This document shows positions 52,722 to 64,000 of a DNA stretch of 64,000 nt, one piece after another. The position numbers and the translations under genes were made by a program. Source of the DNA: Octopus vulgaris (taxonomy: Eukaryota). Every line of letters starts with the position of its first letter. The stretch's first letter is position 1. The notes under the pieces were generated by a model that was given only the letters and a program-made list of their open reading frames with translations, made no database searches and was not told the origin of the DNA. Where the stretch lies: positions 87,916,001 through 87,980,000 of the forward strand of contig OX597815.1 in the NCBI GenBank assembly GCA_951406725.2, read 5' to 3'.

Positions 52722-55487
52722 TCAGGTGAAGTTTCGGCGGATTTCGGAAAGCATGAGGGCCTTAAAAGATGCAGTGTCATGGCAGTCAACAACTGACGCA
52801 GGCAGTTTATTCCATGCTTCAGCAACTCTGAGCGTGAAAAAATGTTTCCGAAAGTCATGGGAGCTGTATTGTTTTCTGACTTTGTAGGCATGTCCACGTG
52901 TGTTAGACACATGGAGATCAAAAAGGTGTTCAGTGTTGTTGTTGGTGAGGTGGTTGATAACTTTGTGGGTGTTTACCAAGTCCGTCGCCAAACGCCGGAG
53001 CTTCAGTGAATCCATGCCCAGGGAAACAAGGCGCTCAGAATATGGTAGGTGTCTGATGGAGGGTATGCGTTTGGTTGCACGTCTCTGGACAGATTCCAGG
53101 AGGTCAATGTTCTGTGCAAGATAGGGGTTCCAAACTGATGATGCGAATTCCAAGTGTGGTCGTACCATAGCTGTATACAGTTTTAAATAGATGGCTGGAG
53201 AGCGGCTAACAAAAGACCTGCTGAGTGATGCCAAGACACCCTCGGCCTTCCTGACAATCTTAGAGATATGCTTTGATCAACGCAAATCACTGCTGACAGT
53301 GATGCCTAGGTCACGCTCGCAAGAGGATTTCTTGATATCAGTGTTGTGGAGGGAGTATGTGAACGCAGGGTTTTTTCTCCCAAAATGCATGGTGGTACAC
53401 TTGTCCACAGCCAGTTTCAGTTGCCAGTCTGTGATCCATTGCTGCATTGTGTCTAGGTCTGATTGCAGGAAAGAGTTGTAGACATCAGGATCTGTCCTCT
53501 TGATTTCAAGGTACAGCTTGATGTCGTCTGCATATTTCAATACTGTGGCATTCTTTAAATTGGCATCTATGTCGTTAATGTATGCCACAAACAAGAGGGG
53601 GCCAAGGACAGATCCCTGTGGTACACCCGATGACATCTCATATGGTGTAGAGTGCTGTCCTAGAACTGTGACTACCTCCTTTCGGCTGAGGATGAAGGAT
53701 TTCAACCAGTTAAAAAGGTCATCCCCCACACCCATTGCAGAGAGTTTCACCATAAGCCTTTTGTGTGGCACAGAGTTGAAAGCCTTAGCAAAGTCAAGGT
53801 AGACAACATCCACCCATGAGCCACTGTCAGTAATCTGAGTAATGTCCTCAAGGAACTCGACAAGCTGGTCACTGCAGCTGGAGTTAGGGACAAATCCATA
53901 TTGTGAGGGTCGGATGAGACTGTGAGAGCTCCAGAAGTTCCAGAGTGTTTCTCTGACACACGATTCCATCAGTTTTGCAATACAGCTAGTGAGACTGACT
54001 GGGCGATAGTTGACAGGTGATGTGCGGTCGCCCTTTTTGAACAGAGGAATGACACTGGCAGTTTTCCACTGCTCCGGAGTAGCACCATTGTTGAGACAGT
54101 ACTGGAAGAAAATAGAAAGCTGGTGTAAAAGGAAGTGCCTGCCACGTTTGAGAAGCAGGTATGTAACTCCATCGAGACCAGGGGAGGCATAGTTGCGCTT
54201 ATTTTGAAGGTGACGTCGCAGCATTGCAGGTGTAAATTCCATAGTTGTTATGGAGTTTGCTGTTAGTGATGGTGAAGATGGTACATTTTGACTTTCAACA
54301 GTGAATATGTTTGCATAGCACTCGGCAATGAGTTCTGCGCATTCCTTGGGGTCGTCAGTGATCTGGTTTGTGTGAGGGTTGCGAAGAGGGCCCACTGGAG
54401 AGTGAGGTCTCTGCTTTGAGTGCACATATTTCCAGAAAACCTTGCTGTCAGGATTGGCTGCTATGCACTGTTCAAATTCAAGCACTGCTTTTTTTGTCAC
54501 TTGCTTGAGATGGTTGGAGGATTTATTCCGCTTCTTCCTGTTGGTGTCTGATTTATGCAACCTGTATTCCCGTTCAGCAGTCCGACGTTCCCTCCTGGCA
54601 AGTCGGACCGCTGAAGTTTCCCAAATTGCCCTTTTGGGGCGGTTCTTCTTTTTTTGTTTACGTGGCACTGATGCTGCACATGCTGCCCATATTGAGTCCA
54701 GGATACTCTGGAGTATAGTATTCACATCTCCAGAGTTGTAGAATTCACGCCAGTTTGGGTGCTGTAGTTCAGTGTGGTACAGGTTCCAATCTGCTCTCTT
54801 CCAATCGAAGGAAGCAGATTGGAGATGGTTCAGGTTTTTGTTGCCCGCAAGAGCCAGATTGGCGATGATCATAGCATGATCAGAGTCACCTAGAGGTTCC
54901 TCCGTAGTGCAATTGATAACCGCTTCAGGAGTTGTGGTGAAGAGCAGGTCCAAGGTGTTGTCGCCTCTTGTTGGAGAGGTGACTACTTGTGACCAGTTTG
55001 AGTCCAGCACAAGCTCAACAAAATCGTTTGCACTCTGTGGCCAATGGAAGGTCTCCCAATCGATCTCAGGATGATTGAAATCGCCTGCAATAAACACATA
55101 AGTGGCTGTTTTCCTGGCAGCAGCTCGGAGGACATTGCAAAGCTGTGTGTCCCGATGGTAACTTGGGGGACGATAAACAACGCCAAGCAGGAGTGTTGAC
55201 ATGGTCATACGCACGTCACAGAAAAAAACTTCTTCTTGTGATTCGTTCAAATCGGCACAAGGAATTACCAAAAAATTTGAACGAACGTAGACCATCACAC
55301 CACCACCACGGCGGTTAGTGCGGTCCTTACGGAAGAGGTTGTACCCCGTAATGTTGAAAACCCCATCACAGAGTAAGGAATGCGCCCATGTTTCCATGAC
55401 AGTGATGAAGTCAGGGTCAACACTTCTGACGTAGGCGTTGAACAAATGTATTTTGTTGCATAAACTGCGAGCATTTAAGGACAACAA
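52722..55487 (-). pseudogene. CR1 ORF2 (APE endonuclease and reverse transcriptase) with one in-frame nonsense codon at 53277-53279
   Basis: Endonuclease motifs NARSL.NK, ETW, GDFN, LDL, SDH; RT motifs YRPVSLTS, YLDFAKAF, GVPQGSVLGP, YADD; CR1-type C-terminus RGH...RKHFFTLRVAEAWNKLP. The two track ORFs share a frame across DLR*SKH. Confidence 0.92.
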
Positions 55488-55543
55488 TTTGTACCCTGCT
55501 CGCAGTTTATGATGGTGTGTAGAGGATGGCAGGTTGTTCTGGC

Positions 55544-56716
55544 TTAGTTTCCCTGAGTTGCTGTAGTTTTTTTAGTTATTGTGGGTAGAGAGCACTCAGA
55601 CCAGCTGGTATCTCTCTTCCACGTTTCAGCAGTCTTGACAAATCTCCAGATTTGTCCATCTTCCCGAAGACTGAAGCTTTCCTGTAGAGCTGAGTTCCTA
55701 TTCAGGGAAGCCACTACACGTAGCTTTGGGCGTACATCGGATGGTAAGCCTGGGCGTGTTCGGAAGGTGGTCCGATTTTCCCGCCCAGCTTTAACTGAGG
55801 CCAGATGGTAAGAGGTTGCCTCAGTGGGGTCCGTAAAAGACAACTTGATGAGCCTAGGTTTTGGGCCAGGTCGTCCAAGGCGGATAGCACCCGTTGGGGG
55901 AACGCAGCCTAGGTCTTTGGCTGAGTTGGCAGCAAAAGCCTGAAGATCAGCCATGTCTTCTGGCACCCCAATGGCAATGACTTCATGGGTGGCAGAATCC
56001 GCGGTCTTAAATGCGACAAGAGGTACAGGTACAGGGAGGTTCTTTAGCAGAGCATTCCGATAAGACCCCTCATTGTGGAGTCCAACCTGAATGGTTGCTT
56101 TTATTCCTGCTACTTCCCCTTTTAAAGCACAGATCGATTGTTGCAGTTCTGCAAGAACCGTACTGGTCAATTGGTGTTGTTGTTGTTGCTGCTGTTGCTC
56201 TGGTTGTGGTTGATTTTGTTGTTGCTGTTGTTGTTGTTGATGTTGTTGTTGCTGCTGCTCTGGTTGTGGTTGATTTTGTTGTTGCTGCTGCTCTGGTTGT
56301 GGTTGATTTTGTTGTTGCTGCTGCTGCTGCTCTAGTTGTTGCTGCTGCTGTTGTTGTTGCTGTTGTTGTTGCTGCTGCTCTGGTTGTGGTTGATTTTGTT
56401 GTTGCTGCTGTTGCTGTTCCGCCTCCTCCACGGGAGTGGCAGGGGGAGACACAATCGTCGGTTGTGGAGGCACGCAGGCCTGACACTGAAAAGTCCAAGA
56501 TTTAAGCTGAACCATCTTCCAGAGTCTATCCATCATAGCATTATGATGGCTCTTTTTTTGGCCTGGGATCTTCTGAAAGTCCGTGGCACATTGGAGGCAG
56601 ACAGAGATGAGACATGTCCCACATTCGACCCAGCGATTACGGAACGTATTTTCGGGTTCCGTACAGATGTGGCAGGTGTGATTTTCTGGGCAGTGTTCTA
56701 TTTCTGGGCAGTGTTC
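55544..56716 (-). CDS. CR1 ORF1 (PHD-like Zn finger, polyQ repeats, coiled coil, RRM-like C-terminus); frame open to the 5' truncation point
   Basis: Extending the track ORF upstream gives EHCPEIEHCPENHTCHICTEPENTFRNRWVECGTCLISVCLQC...WTFQCQAC, then (Q)n-NQPQPE repeats, LAELQQSICALKGEV and VIAIGVPE...RLGRPGPKPRLIKLSF. Confidence 0.8.
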   Translation of the reverse strand, partial: EHCPEIEHCPENHTCHICTEPENTFRNRWVECGTCLISVCLQCATDFQKIPGQKKSHHNAMMDRLWKMVQLKSWTFQCQACVPPQPTIVSPPATPVEEAEQQQQQQQNQPQPEQQQQQQQQQQQQQQLEQQQQQQQNQPQPEQQQQQNQPQPEQQQQQHQQQQQQQQNQPQPEQQQQQQQHQLTSTVLAELQQSICALKGEVAGIKATIQVGLHNEGSYRNALLKNLPVPVPLVAFKTADSATHEVIAIGVPEDMADLQAFAANSAKDLGCVPPTGAIRLGRPGPKPRLIKLSFTDPTEATSYHLASVKAGRENRTTFRTRPGLPSDVRPKLRVVASLNRNSALQESFSLREDGQIWRFVKTAETWKRDTSWSECSLPTITKKTTATQGN

Positions 56717-58563
56717 TATTAAATTCCAAACAACAGCTTAATAATGACAAAATTATTTTACGAAATTTTTAATTATCTTAAAAATTAACTGAAGTAAAGT
56801 CTGTATACTTCAGTAGAAATATGGTAATGGAAGGGTTAATCAACTGTAATGTCTTAGTCACAGGAAATACACTAAGAAGTCATCACAAATGAATTCTAAG
56901 TGTAGGCGCCCCTACCCGCTAGAAATAGCAACCAAATTTCCTCGAATCACATCATACCATCTTAAAGAAGAAAAAGCTCATCAGAATGTCTTTAAGCATA
57001 GGTCTGTTCAACCTGGCTAGAAACTAAACCACAGCAATGGTATGTCTAAAATTTTCAATTTCAGTTGATCGATATTTCAGATAAGGCATCCCCCGACCCA
57101 TGTAGCATTTTACTTCCGAGCCTCTAGAAGCATTACTCTGAATTTAATTCAAATATTAATTTCATTTGATTTGACATATGACAAAGCCTTTTAAAGAGGC
57201 GGTCACATAAATTGAACACTTTATATTACTGATGCTTAGCATGTAACTTCGTTCTTCCGTCAGATATTGGATTACGAATGAATGAATGAATGAATGGATG
57301 GATGAATGAAAGGAAAATAAAACATGACAACAAAAATAAAGTCTAGGAATGAATACAATGTAACATAAAATGTTGCAAGGGAAATAATTAAAGGTATCCT
57401 GTTGCTACAGTTATTTCCCTTTTCAAAGCTGATTTATTTTAGGTGATTGCACTGAGATTTGCTTTCTGAAACAAGAGACCGATACATTTAGCTACATTTT
57501 ATTCTGCATTTTCTCTTCCCCAACTTATACAGATTTGAATATACGGTTTAATCTTTGATTTTCGTCCGGCCTTTCATACACTCTTACAGCATTTAATAAC
57601 ATTTATGGCAGGCAAAGTAACAAGAGGCAACTTAATAAAAAGCAAAGAAAAAAATTAGTCCAAACAATTAGCTTAAAAAACACATGTTTATCTCGGCTCT
57701 TGAAACAGCATAAAGTCATAACAGTTATACGTATTTCGGAAACATGGTGTCATGTAACGACACCATGCATAAACAAAACATTTTCTCCAAAGGTTCTATA
57801 ACAACCTTAACTCTTTCAACTGCATAAACATACAATCGTCGTCGTCATCATCATCATTGTCGTTGTTTCAATGCCCACTGTTCCATTCTTGCAGGAGTCA
57901 GACGGTATTGGATGAAACAGAGTTTCTATGGCCAGGCGCCCCGACTTTCGCCGGAAACTCACCTATTTCTAAGTAAGATGATATTTCGTTATGGCCTGAC
58001 ATGTTTCCATAGAATATTGGGAAAGAACGACACCACTTGTATGATGCTTGTTTACAACTATACAATGTCAAGACAAGGAAACACACACACACACAGATAT
58101 ATACACACACATACGTGTTTTTCATTCTCTTTCCATTCTTTTACTGCTCTCAGTCCTTTCTGTCGAAGAGCATAGGCTTGAAAAGTCAAGGGCTTTTTCA
58201 TTCTTTCCTAACGTTAAACTAAAACACTTACTTGTTGTTCCCTCACCTGTCATTATCTTTTGTTTTCTGTAAATACGAACACTATATATATATATATTCT
58301 TTTATTCTTTTACTTGTTTCAGCCATTTGACTGCAGCCATGCTGGAACACTGCCTTTATGCAAACAAATCGACCCCCAGGATTTATTCTGCAAGGGAGAT
58401 AATAAATCTGAATTCTAAAGGATTAATTCAACTCCTATATATGTTATATTGGTCCCTTTTTCTGAACCGCTAAGTTACGGGGATGTAAACATACCAACAT
58501 CGATTGTCAAGCAATGGTGTGGGGACAAACACACACACACAAATACATACATAAATAGATAAA

Positions 58564-58594
<31 letters not shown>

Positions 58595-58879
58595 TAGGTT
58601 ACCTGAGTTAGAGGTTAAAATAACCATCTAAGGGATAGAAGTATCCATTACAATACCGATATATTACCTATGTTTAACCACGGGCATACATATGCAAGCA
58701 TATGGCAGGTCGGTTTTATTTCCAAATATGATAAATATTTTGAGCATATCAATGGCAATACCATACACAAGATTGAAAGCAGAAACAGTTGTTAGACGGG
58801 ATGCAGTATATTTCTATTGAATTAATTAATAACAATTGATGTAAGTCAATTGTTGTTCATCAATATTTCTCCATTTTCT

Positions 58880-59425
58880 GACAACCTGTTGAGGGCTATT
58901 GACCAGATCTGTGGATGGTGCAAAAGTCCCCTCTCAATCCAAGGTAACGCAGTGGTACAATGTAGTTGATAGTGCCATTAGGGAAAAGAAACAGGCATGG
59001 AAGGACTGGAAGTACGGTGGTAGCAAGGAATTGTATCAGACTGCCAAAAGGGAAGCTAGGAGACAGGGTTACTTAGCCAGAGAGGAAGCAGATAAGAAAA
59101 AATTTGCCAATGTTCTTCATGGTGAGGATGAAAGACTTGAGGTGTTTTGTATTGAAAGACAGTGTGTGAGAAAGAATTGTGATGTCATAGGAGAGAAATG
59201 TGTGTGCATGGATGATGGCTCACTTGCATTTAATGAGGCTGCAAAGAGAGAGATTTTAAGACACCACTATGACAGGTTGCTAAATGAAGAGAATGAATGG
59301 GAGAAAGAGAGTCTGCCGAATGTTGACCCAACTGAGGGACCAGCTATCTGAATTGACAGTGCCTTGGTAGATAAAGCAATTAAGGGTATGAAGACAGGGA
59401 AAGCCAACAGCCTATCAGGAATCAT
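58880..59425 (+). mobile_element. RTE-clade LINE internal fragment (linker between endonuclease and RT)
   Basis: WYNVVDSAIREKKQAWKDWK...HYDRLLNEENEW...KAIKGMKTGKA. Confidence 0.75.
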
Positions 59426-60301
59426 ATATATTTATATATATTGTGAGTGCATGTATTTATAAGCATTTGTGTGCATGTGTGTGTGTATAACAGGCTTCTT
59501 TCACTTTCTGTCTACCAAATCCATCCACAAGGGTTAAACTAGATGTTACTTGCCCAAAGTGCCACACTCTGAGGCTGAACTTGAAACCAAGTAATTGAGA
59601 AGCAGACTTCTAAACACATAGTTACTCTCTTGTCTTAGACAATACACAACTAAGTTGCTACAAATGTGGAGCATCACAATCTATAATATAATAATCTCTC
59701 TTGATGACCTCACACATATAATATGGCAAACTTTCCCAAACTGCTTCTTCTTCAGCGCTTGGAACAAAAATATGAAATATGAAAGACTACTTAAATGATT
59801 GAGGAACAGCAAATTTCAAGCTCCTACAGTCCCTGTCACAACTTAGAAAGACATGTGGTACTTGTAAACAAGTGTATCTGACTTACAAGTGGTGTCATTC
59901 ATTTCCAATATTCTGCAAAAACATGTCAGGCCATGGGGAAGTATTACTTTGCTTGGAAACAGTTATGGGTTGGTGAGAGGAAGGGCATCCAGCTGTAGAA
60001 AATCTGCTTCAATAAACTCCATCCAAGCAATGCAAATATGGAAAAACAAACGCTAAAAATGACTGTGGCTGCAGCAGTAGTGATGACGATGATGACAAAG
60101 GTGAATGAGAGGGAGAAAGAGAGGAAAAGAGTGTGTGTGGTGCAACTCAAGAATTGACAAACAACACTAACCCACATCCTCACACAAGTTTTGTACATAG
60201 AACCCAACTAAATTAGATGATATTTCCCTTTCTGCTAGAGTGAGGAGAAACAAACAACCAATCAAAGAACCCCTAGTAACTATACAGGAGAGTATACAAA
60301 C

Positions 60302-60490
60302 CTGTGGCTTCCCTTACAACTGACAAATCAGATGGGCTACCAAGACCAGATCGAAGCAGGATGGTTAACACAATCTTGTGATAGAGATTCTCAAATTCTT
60401 CTTTGATCTGGGCTCGGCTGTCGGTGATTTCTCGTATCACTGGCTGCATACGGGATTCCAGCACTCTTCGATGTTCTTCCAGAAATTGCT
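60302..60490 (-). CDS. CFAP206: CFAP206 coding exon (first in window), 189 nt, phase 1-1
   Basis: ttaag|AG...GCCACAG|gtttgt; translates QFLEEHRRVLESRMQPVIREITDSRAQIKEEFENLYHKIVLTILLRSGLGSPSDLSVVREAT, matching the recalled CFAP206 segment FLEEHHRVLESRL...LLRSGLGSPTD. Confidence 0.95.
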
Positions 60491-60931
60491 CTTAATAGAG
60501 AAACAGAATATAGAAAAAAGTTTATAACCCTTTTATGGAAAAGGTAGTGAAGGAAGACCTTGAAAGACTTTTGTAAAGACTAAATGGAAAAACAATATTC
60601 AATAGTGGTGGTGGTACTGAGATAGAATACTATTATTGTAATAGTCATACAGTGGTGTTAGTATGGCAGTGGTGTTGGTGGTGGTGGTGGTGATGATGAT
60701 AATGATAGTGGGACTGTTGCTAATAGTATAGTAGTGGTACTATTTTTGTAATGGTGGTATAGCAACAGTGGTGGTGGTGGTGGTACTGGTTTTGTAAAGT
60801 TAAGTGTGGTCATCCTCGAGTAGTAATTAAAGACAGGTTACAGTACAGTAATTTATTAACACCTTCTACTGCTGCCCACAGAAGAATTTAGTTCAACATT
60901 GCAGTCTAATAAAATACATGTCAACTGTTGT

Positions 60932-61427
60932 CTTCTTCTTCTTCTTCTTCCAATCAGGACTCACGCTATTAGGCACAAAGAATAATCTCTAATTTGAGCC
61001 TACTCTAAACCACTAAGAATGCATGTGGCAACTTGAAGATCTACCCACCTGCAATAGACTGGCAGTTGCATAGGCACGAAAGCTACGTTATTATCCTCAT
61101 TCCGTAAATGGTGGCTTTTAATGGGTGGAGAGCTGAACCATCATGGGGTACAGAGGATTCACAATCTAGACTAGGGTCTGGAGGTTTACCACACCATAGT
61201 GGGTTACACCATGGTTCCTCTGCTTTGAGGAAGAAGTAGGAAGAAAGAGTGAGAGAAAGTTGTGGTGAAAGAGTACAGCGGGGGTTCACCACCCCTCCCC
61301 GCCGGAGCCTCGTGGAGCTTAGGTGTTTTTGCTCAATAAACAGTCACAATGCCCGGTCTGGGAATTGAAGCTGTGTTCTTACGACTGCGAGTCCGCTGAC
61401 CTAACCACTGGGCCATTGTGCCTCCAC
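60932..61427 (-). mobile_element. tRNA-derived SINE with a related head but different 3' half and (GAA)n tail
   Basis: Head gtggaggcacaatggcccagtggttag; TSD TGTCAACTGTTGT at 60919-60931 and 61428-61440. Confidence 0.85.
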
Positions 61428-63029
61428 TGTCAACTGTTGTTGTCCTCATCACGGTCTTCTCTGATAAAGTGGACATATAATACTTAGGTAACTGGTCAAT
61501 CAAAGCAGTTAAATTAATATTGTGGTGGTGGTGGTGGCAGTGGTTGTAGTGGAATGATATTCCAATACAATAAACTAAAGAGAGGAGATCAAACTATTTG
61601 TATAAAAATGTCCTTCTTTGGCTCATAGAAGTTCCATCTCACGTAAGTATTTTGTGTGGTAACAGAAAATTTGGAATATGTCTAAGGTCGCTAGACATAT
61701 TCTTCATCAGTGTTCATCAGTGTTAACAATGTTCTTTACTTAAAACTAACTCTTACAAAACAAGGAATTAAATTTGGGATGGAAATACTTAATCAAGACC
61801 AGTTTCCACAATGACACTTGAGTACATACAGCATGTTTTATTAGTTACTTTGTTGTCCAAATTTAGGACCTTCTTTTTTTATGGTAACATATTGAGCATA
61901 TGCATAAGGTTAGATCATTATTTTAACATTTGGCTGTATCTTATTGTCATTAGCTGCTCAATTATAAAGGAAGAAATTTAGACACTTTTATTTTAGTCAG
62001 TACCATCTTTAAGAGGTGCTATGGGTTGAGGAGGTACATAAATCCCTTAAGTGAAGGACCATATGAAAATATGTAGTTTAATGATTCTTTAGTACAGTAC
62101 CAGGGACCACAAGTACTTAAAAGTGACCCTGATTCTAGTCAAATGAAATATATCAAATAATGAAACCTTCTTAGGATCTCAACATAATGCCTATAGCAAG
62201 GTGTTCCCTCATATCTTTATAGCCAAAATTCCAGTATTTTAACATTAATATTACACTACTTTGGGAAGACAGTGACCTGACAGGATCATGACCATGCTGG
62301 ACAAAATGCTTAGTGGCATTTCGTCCGTCTTTATATTCTGAGTTCAGATGCTGTTGGGGTGGGGAGAGGTCGACTTCACCTTTCATCCTTTTGGAGTCAA
62401 TAAGATAAGTACAAGTTGAGCACTGGGGTCAATTTATTTGATTTACTCTCTCTCCTGAAATTGTTGGCCGTGTGCCAAATTTGAAAAACAGTGAGTGATG
62501 AATGAATGACATGAAAGTGACAGGGCCAAGTATACACAATATTGTGTAAGTAAATCATAGGTTGTGAATTCAAATCTACTCCAAGCATTTTGTTGTGTTT
62601 CTTGGCTGAACACAGCTGTTAATCAGAAGGCGTAGAGGTCCATATGTGACGTTGGAGTATAGCATTTTGAAACCAAACACAGGAGACTGCATAAAGAAGA
62701 GGAGATGTCACCATCAATCCCCTACAGCTCTTGTTTGTGGTCACTTTCAGTGCCCTCATTGCCACAGGATCTGTCATCACCTTTGATGGGTTGTCATTAG
62801 CAAGTAATCAAGTGGCTGAACACCTTGTGCTACATTTGCTCTGATCATCTAGTGGCCAGAAATAGGTAACAGATTATCTAAGAATGTTACATATGATAGA
62901 CTGGAGTTTTGTACAGTGAAAGATTCATCTGTCATTTTCAAGCAACAAAACCAGACATAAGCACTAGCTCTGAAAATTCTTTACTGTTTAGGAAGAAATT
63001 AGTTTGAAAAATGTAAAGTTTTATTATTA

Positions 63030-63820
63030 TCATTATTGTTCATGGTGTGTAAGAATGTTCAACATTCAGAATAAATGTCCTTGATACTGGGTCACAACCA
63101 GTTTCCCTAGATATTGAGGACCTTTCATAAAATCTTTGCTCTTCTCAACAGAGCGGATTTCTATATTAGTGCAACCCTTGTAGTTTTACCAATCTCAATA
63201 AAAGAGCTGTTAAGTCTGCTGGTACCTATAACAACTGGCATTCCTTTTGTAGAGACCCCTCCACAGTAGTATTTCCCAAACCAAATCCTAGTATTTTCTT
63301 ATTTTCTCTTGTTCATTGACTACTACATTTATATACACAAATATTGTTACATCTATGACAATGCACTTTTTTTCCCCTTCTCAAGAACAATAATATCTCG
63401 TCCCCTGGCATGAATTTTGCAATCAGTTTGTACATTAAAATCTCATAAAACTTTATACTACTCGTTCTCTATTACACCTACTGGTTAATGTTTGTACGTT
63501 TGTACCATTTTCTTCCCACTTTAAATCTTCTTTGCAGTAATATGTCCCAGAGTAGTGCCTTGGCCACACAGTCATGTCAGCATCTATATTCCTTCAGTAC
63601 CAAAGGACTACAGGAACTTATGTACATAATGGATTCCTCTTTCTTATTACATACTCTGCACTTTGCAGTTTCTTTCCTTTCTCCTCTGGCAGCTGAAATC
63701 AGTCTTTTTGGGTTGCTTCTCACATACTCTTGTATATCTCATTTTGCTGCTCTACACAGTCTTCTCTTGATATCAGACTTTTTCCCTCTTCCTTCTGTGC
63801 TAGGTATAATCTATCAACAT
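63030..63820 (-). mobile_element. Old RLE-type LINE 3' fragment
   Basis: Degenerate I.AAR...YIISSC and PVVIG motifs read on the minus strand; ends at a (TTA)n tract; boundaries approximate. Confidence 0.45.
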
Positions 63821-64000
63821 TGACTCTGGTATGTAGTGACATGTAGCAACCTTTTACCTTTCATCCTGTTGTGGGGGTCAATAAATTAAGTACCAGTGAA
63901 ACACTGTGGTTTATGTACTCGACTAGTCCCCTCCCCCAAAACTTCAGGCCTTGTGCCTTGAGTAGAAAGGATTATTATTATTATTATTATTATTATTTTA

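Larger units (their letters stand above)
52653..56718 (-). mobile_element. CR1-type LINE, near full length (about 4.07 kb), 5'-truncated inside ORF1
   Basis: ORF1 plus APE endonuclease/RT ORF2; 3' end gttgtagtgcacctgagcactgtac followed by an (ATT)n tail; 7-bp TSD TTAAATT at 52646-52652 and 56719-56725; splits a piggyBac-type MITE. Confidence 0.93.

Noticed and set aside
36449-53279. Repeated apparent Trp-to-stop changes in Dong-like, CR1 and maT copies suggesting recoding or deaminase attack
   Set aside because: TGG has two single-transition routes to a stop and both TAG and TGA occur; consistent with neutral decay.
57715-57825. Hairpin with GAAAUACGUAUA on the minus strand; similar partial motif near 58780-58800
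   Set aside because: No intact CUGANGA box; cannot be distinguished from chance without a family alignment.
60500-64000. Upstream CFAP206 exons or promoter
   Set aside because: No match found to the expected N-terminal peptides (e.g. MQVYFD); probably beyond the right edge of the window.

Overview
AT-rich, microsatellite-dense animal genomic DNA; the repeat repertoire suggests an octopus (inference, no database check). The window lies inside one minus-strand gene, CFAP206 (cilia- and flagella-associated protein 206 / C6orf165). I traced 11 coding exons (1364 nt, about 454 codons) with canonical GT-AG boundaries and continuous phase; the first and last exons appear to lie outside the window. 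The introns hold a near-complete CR1-type LINE, many R4/Dong-like LINE fragments in (TAA)n tracts, RTE fragments, two mariner relics, a DD37D/maT relic, piggyBac- and hAT-type MITEs and several SINE families. The most notable unexplained structures are: (1) a perfect 531-bp palindrome between (TA)n tracts whose arms each encode a type I hammerhead ribozyme, about 110 nt from a CFAP206 splice acceptor; (2) a canonical extended hammerhead at 47662-47743 and several variant or relic hammerhead motifs, including a permuted, pseudoknotted one; (3) a -1 slippery heptamer and hairpin joining CR1 ORF1 to an ORF2 with no upstream AUG; (4) a candidate in-frame 33-nt cassette micro-exon and a decayed partial exon duplication. 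Most ORFs in the supplied track are microsatellite or antisense artefacts.
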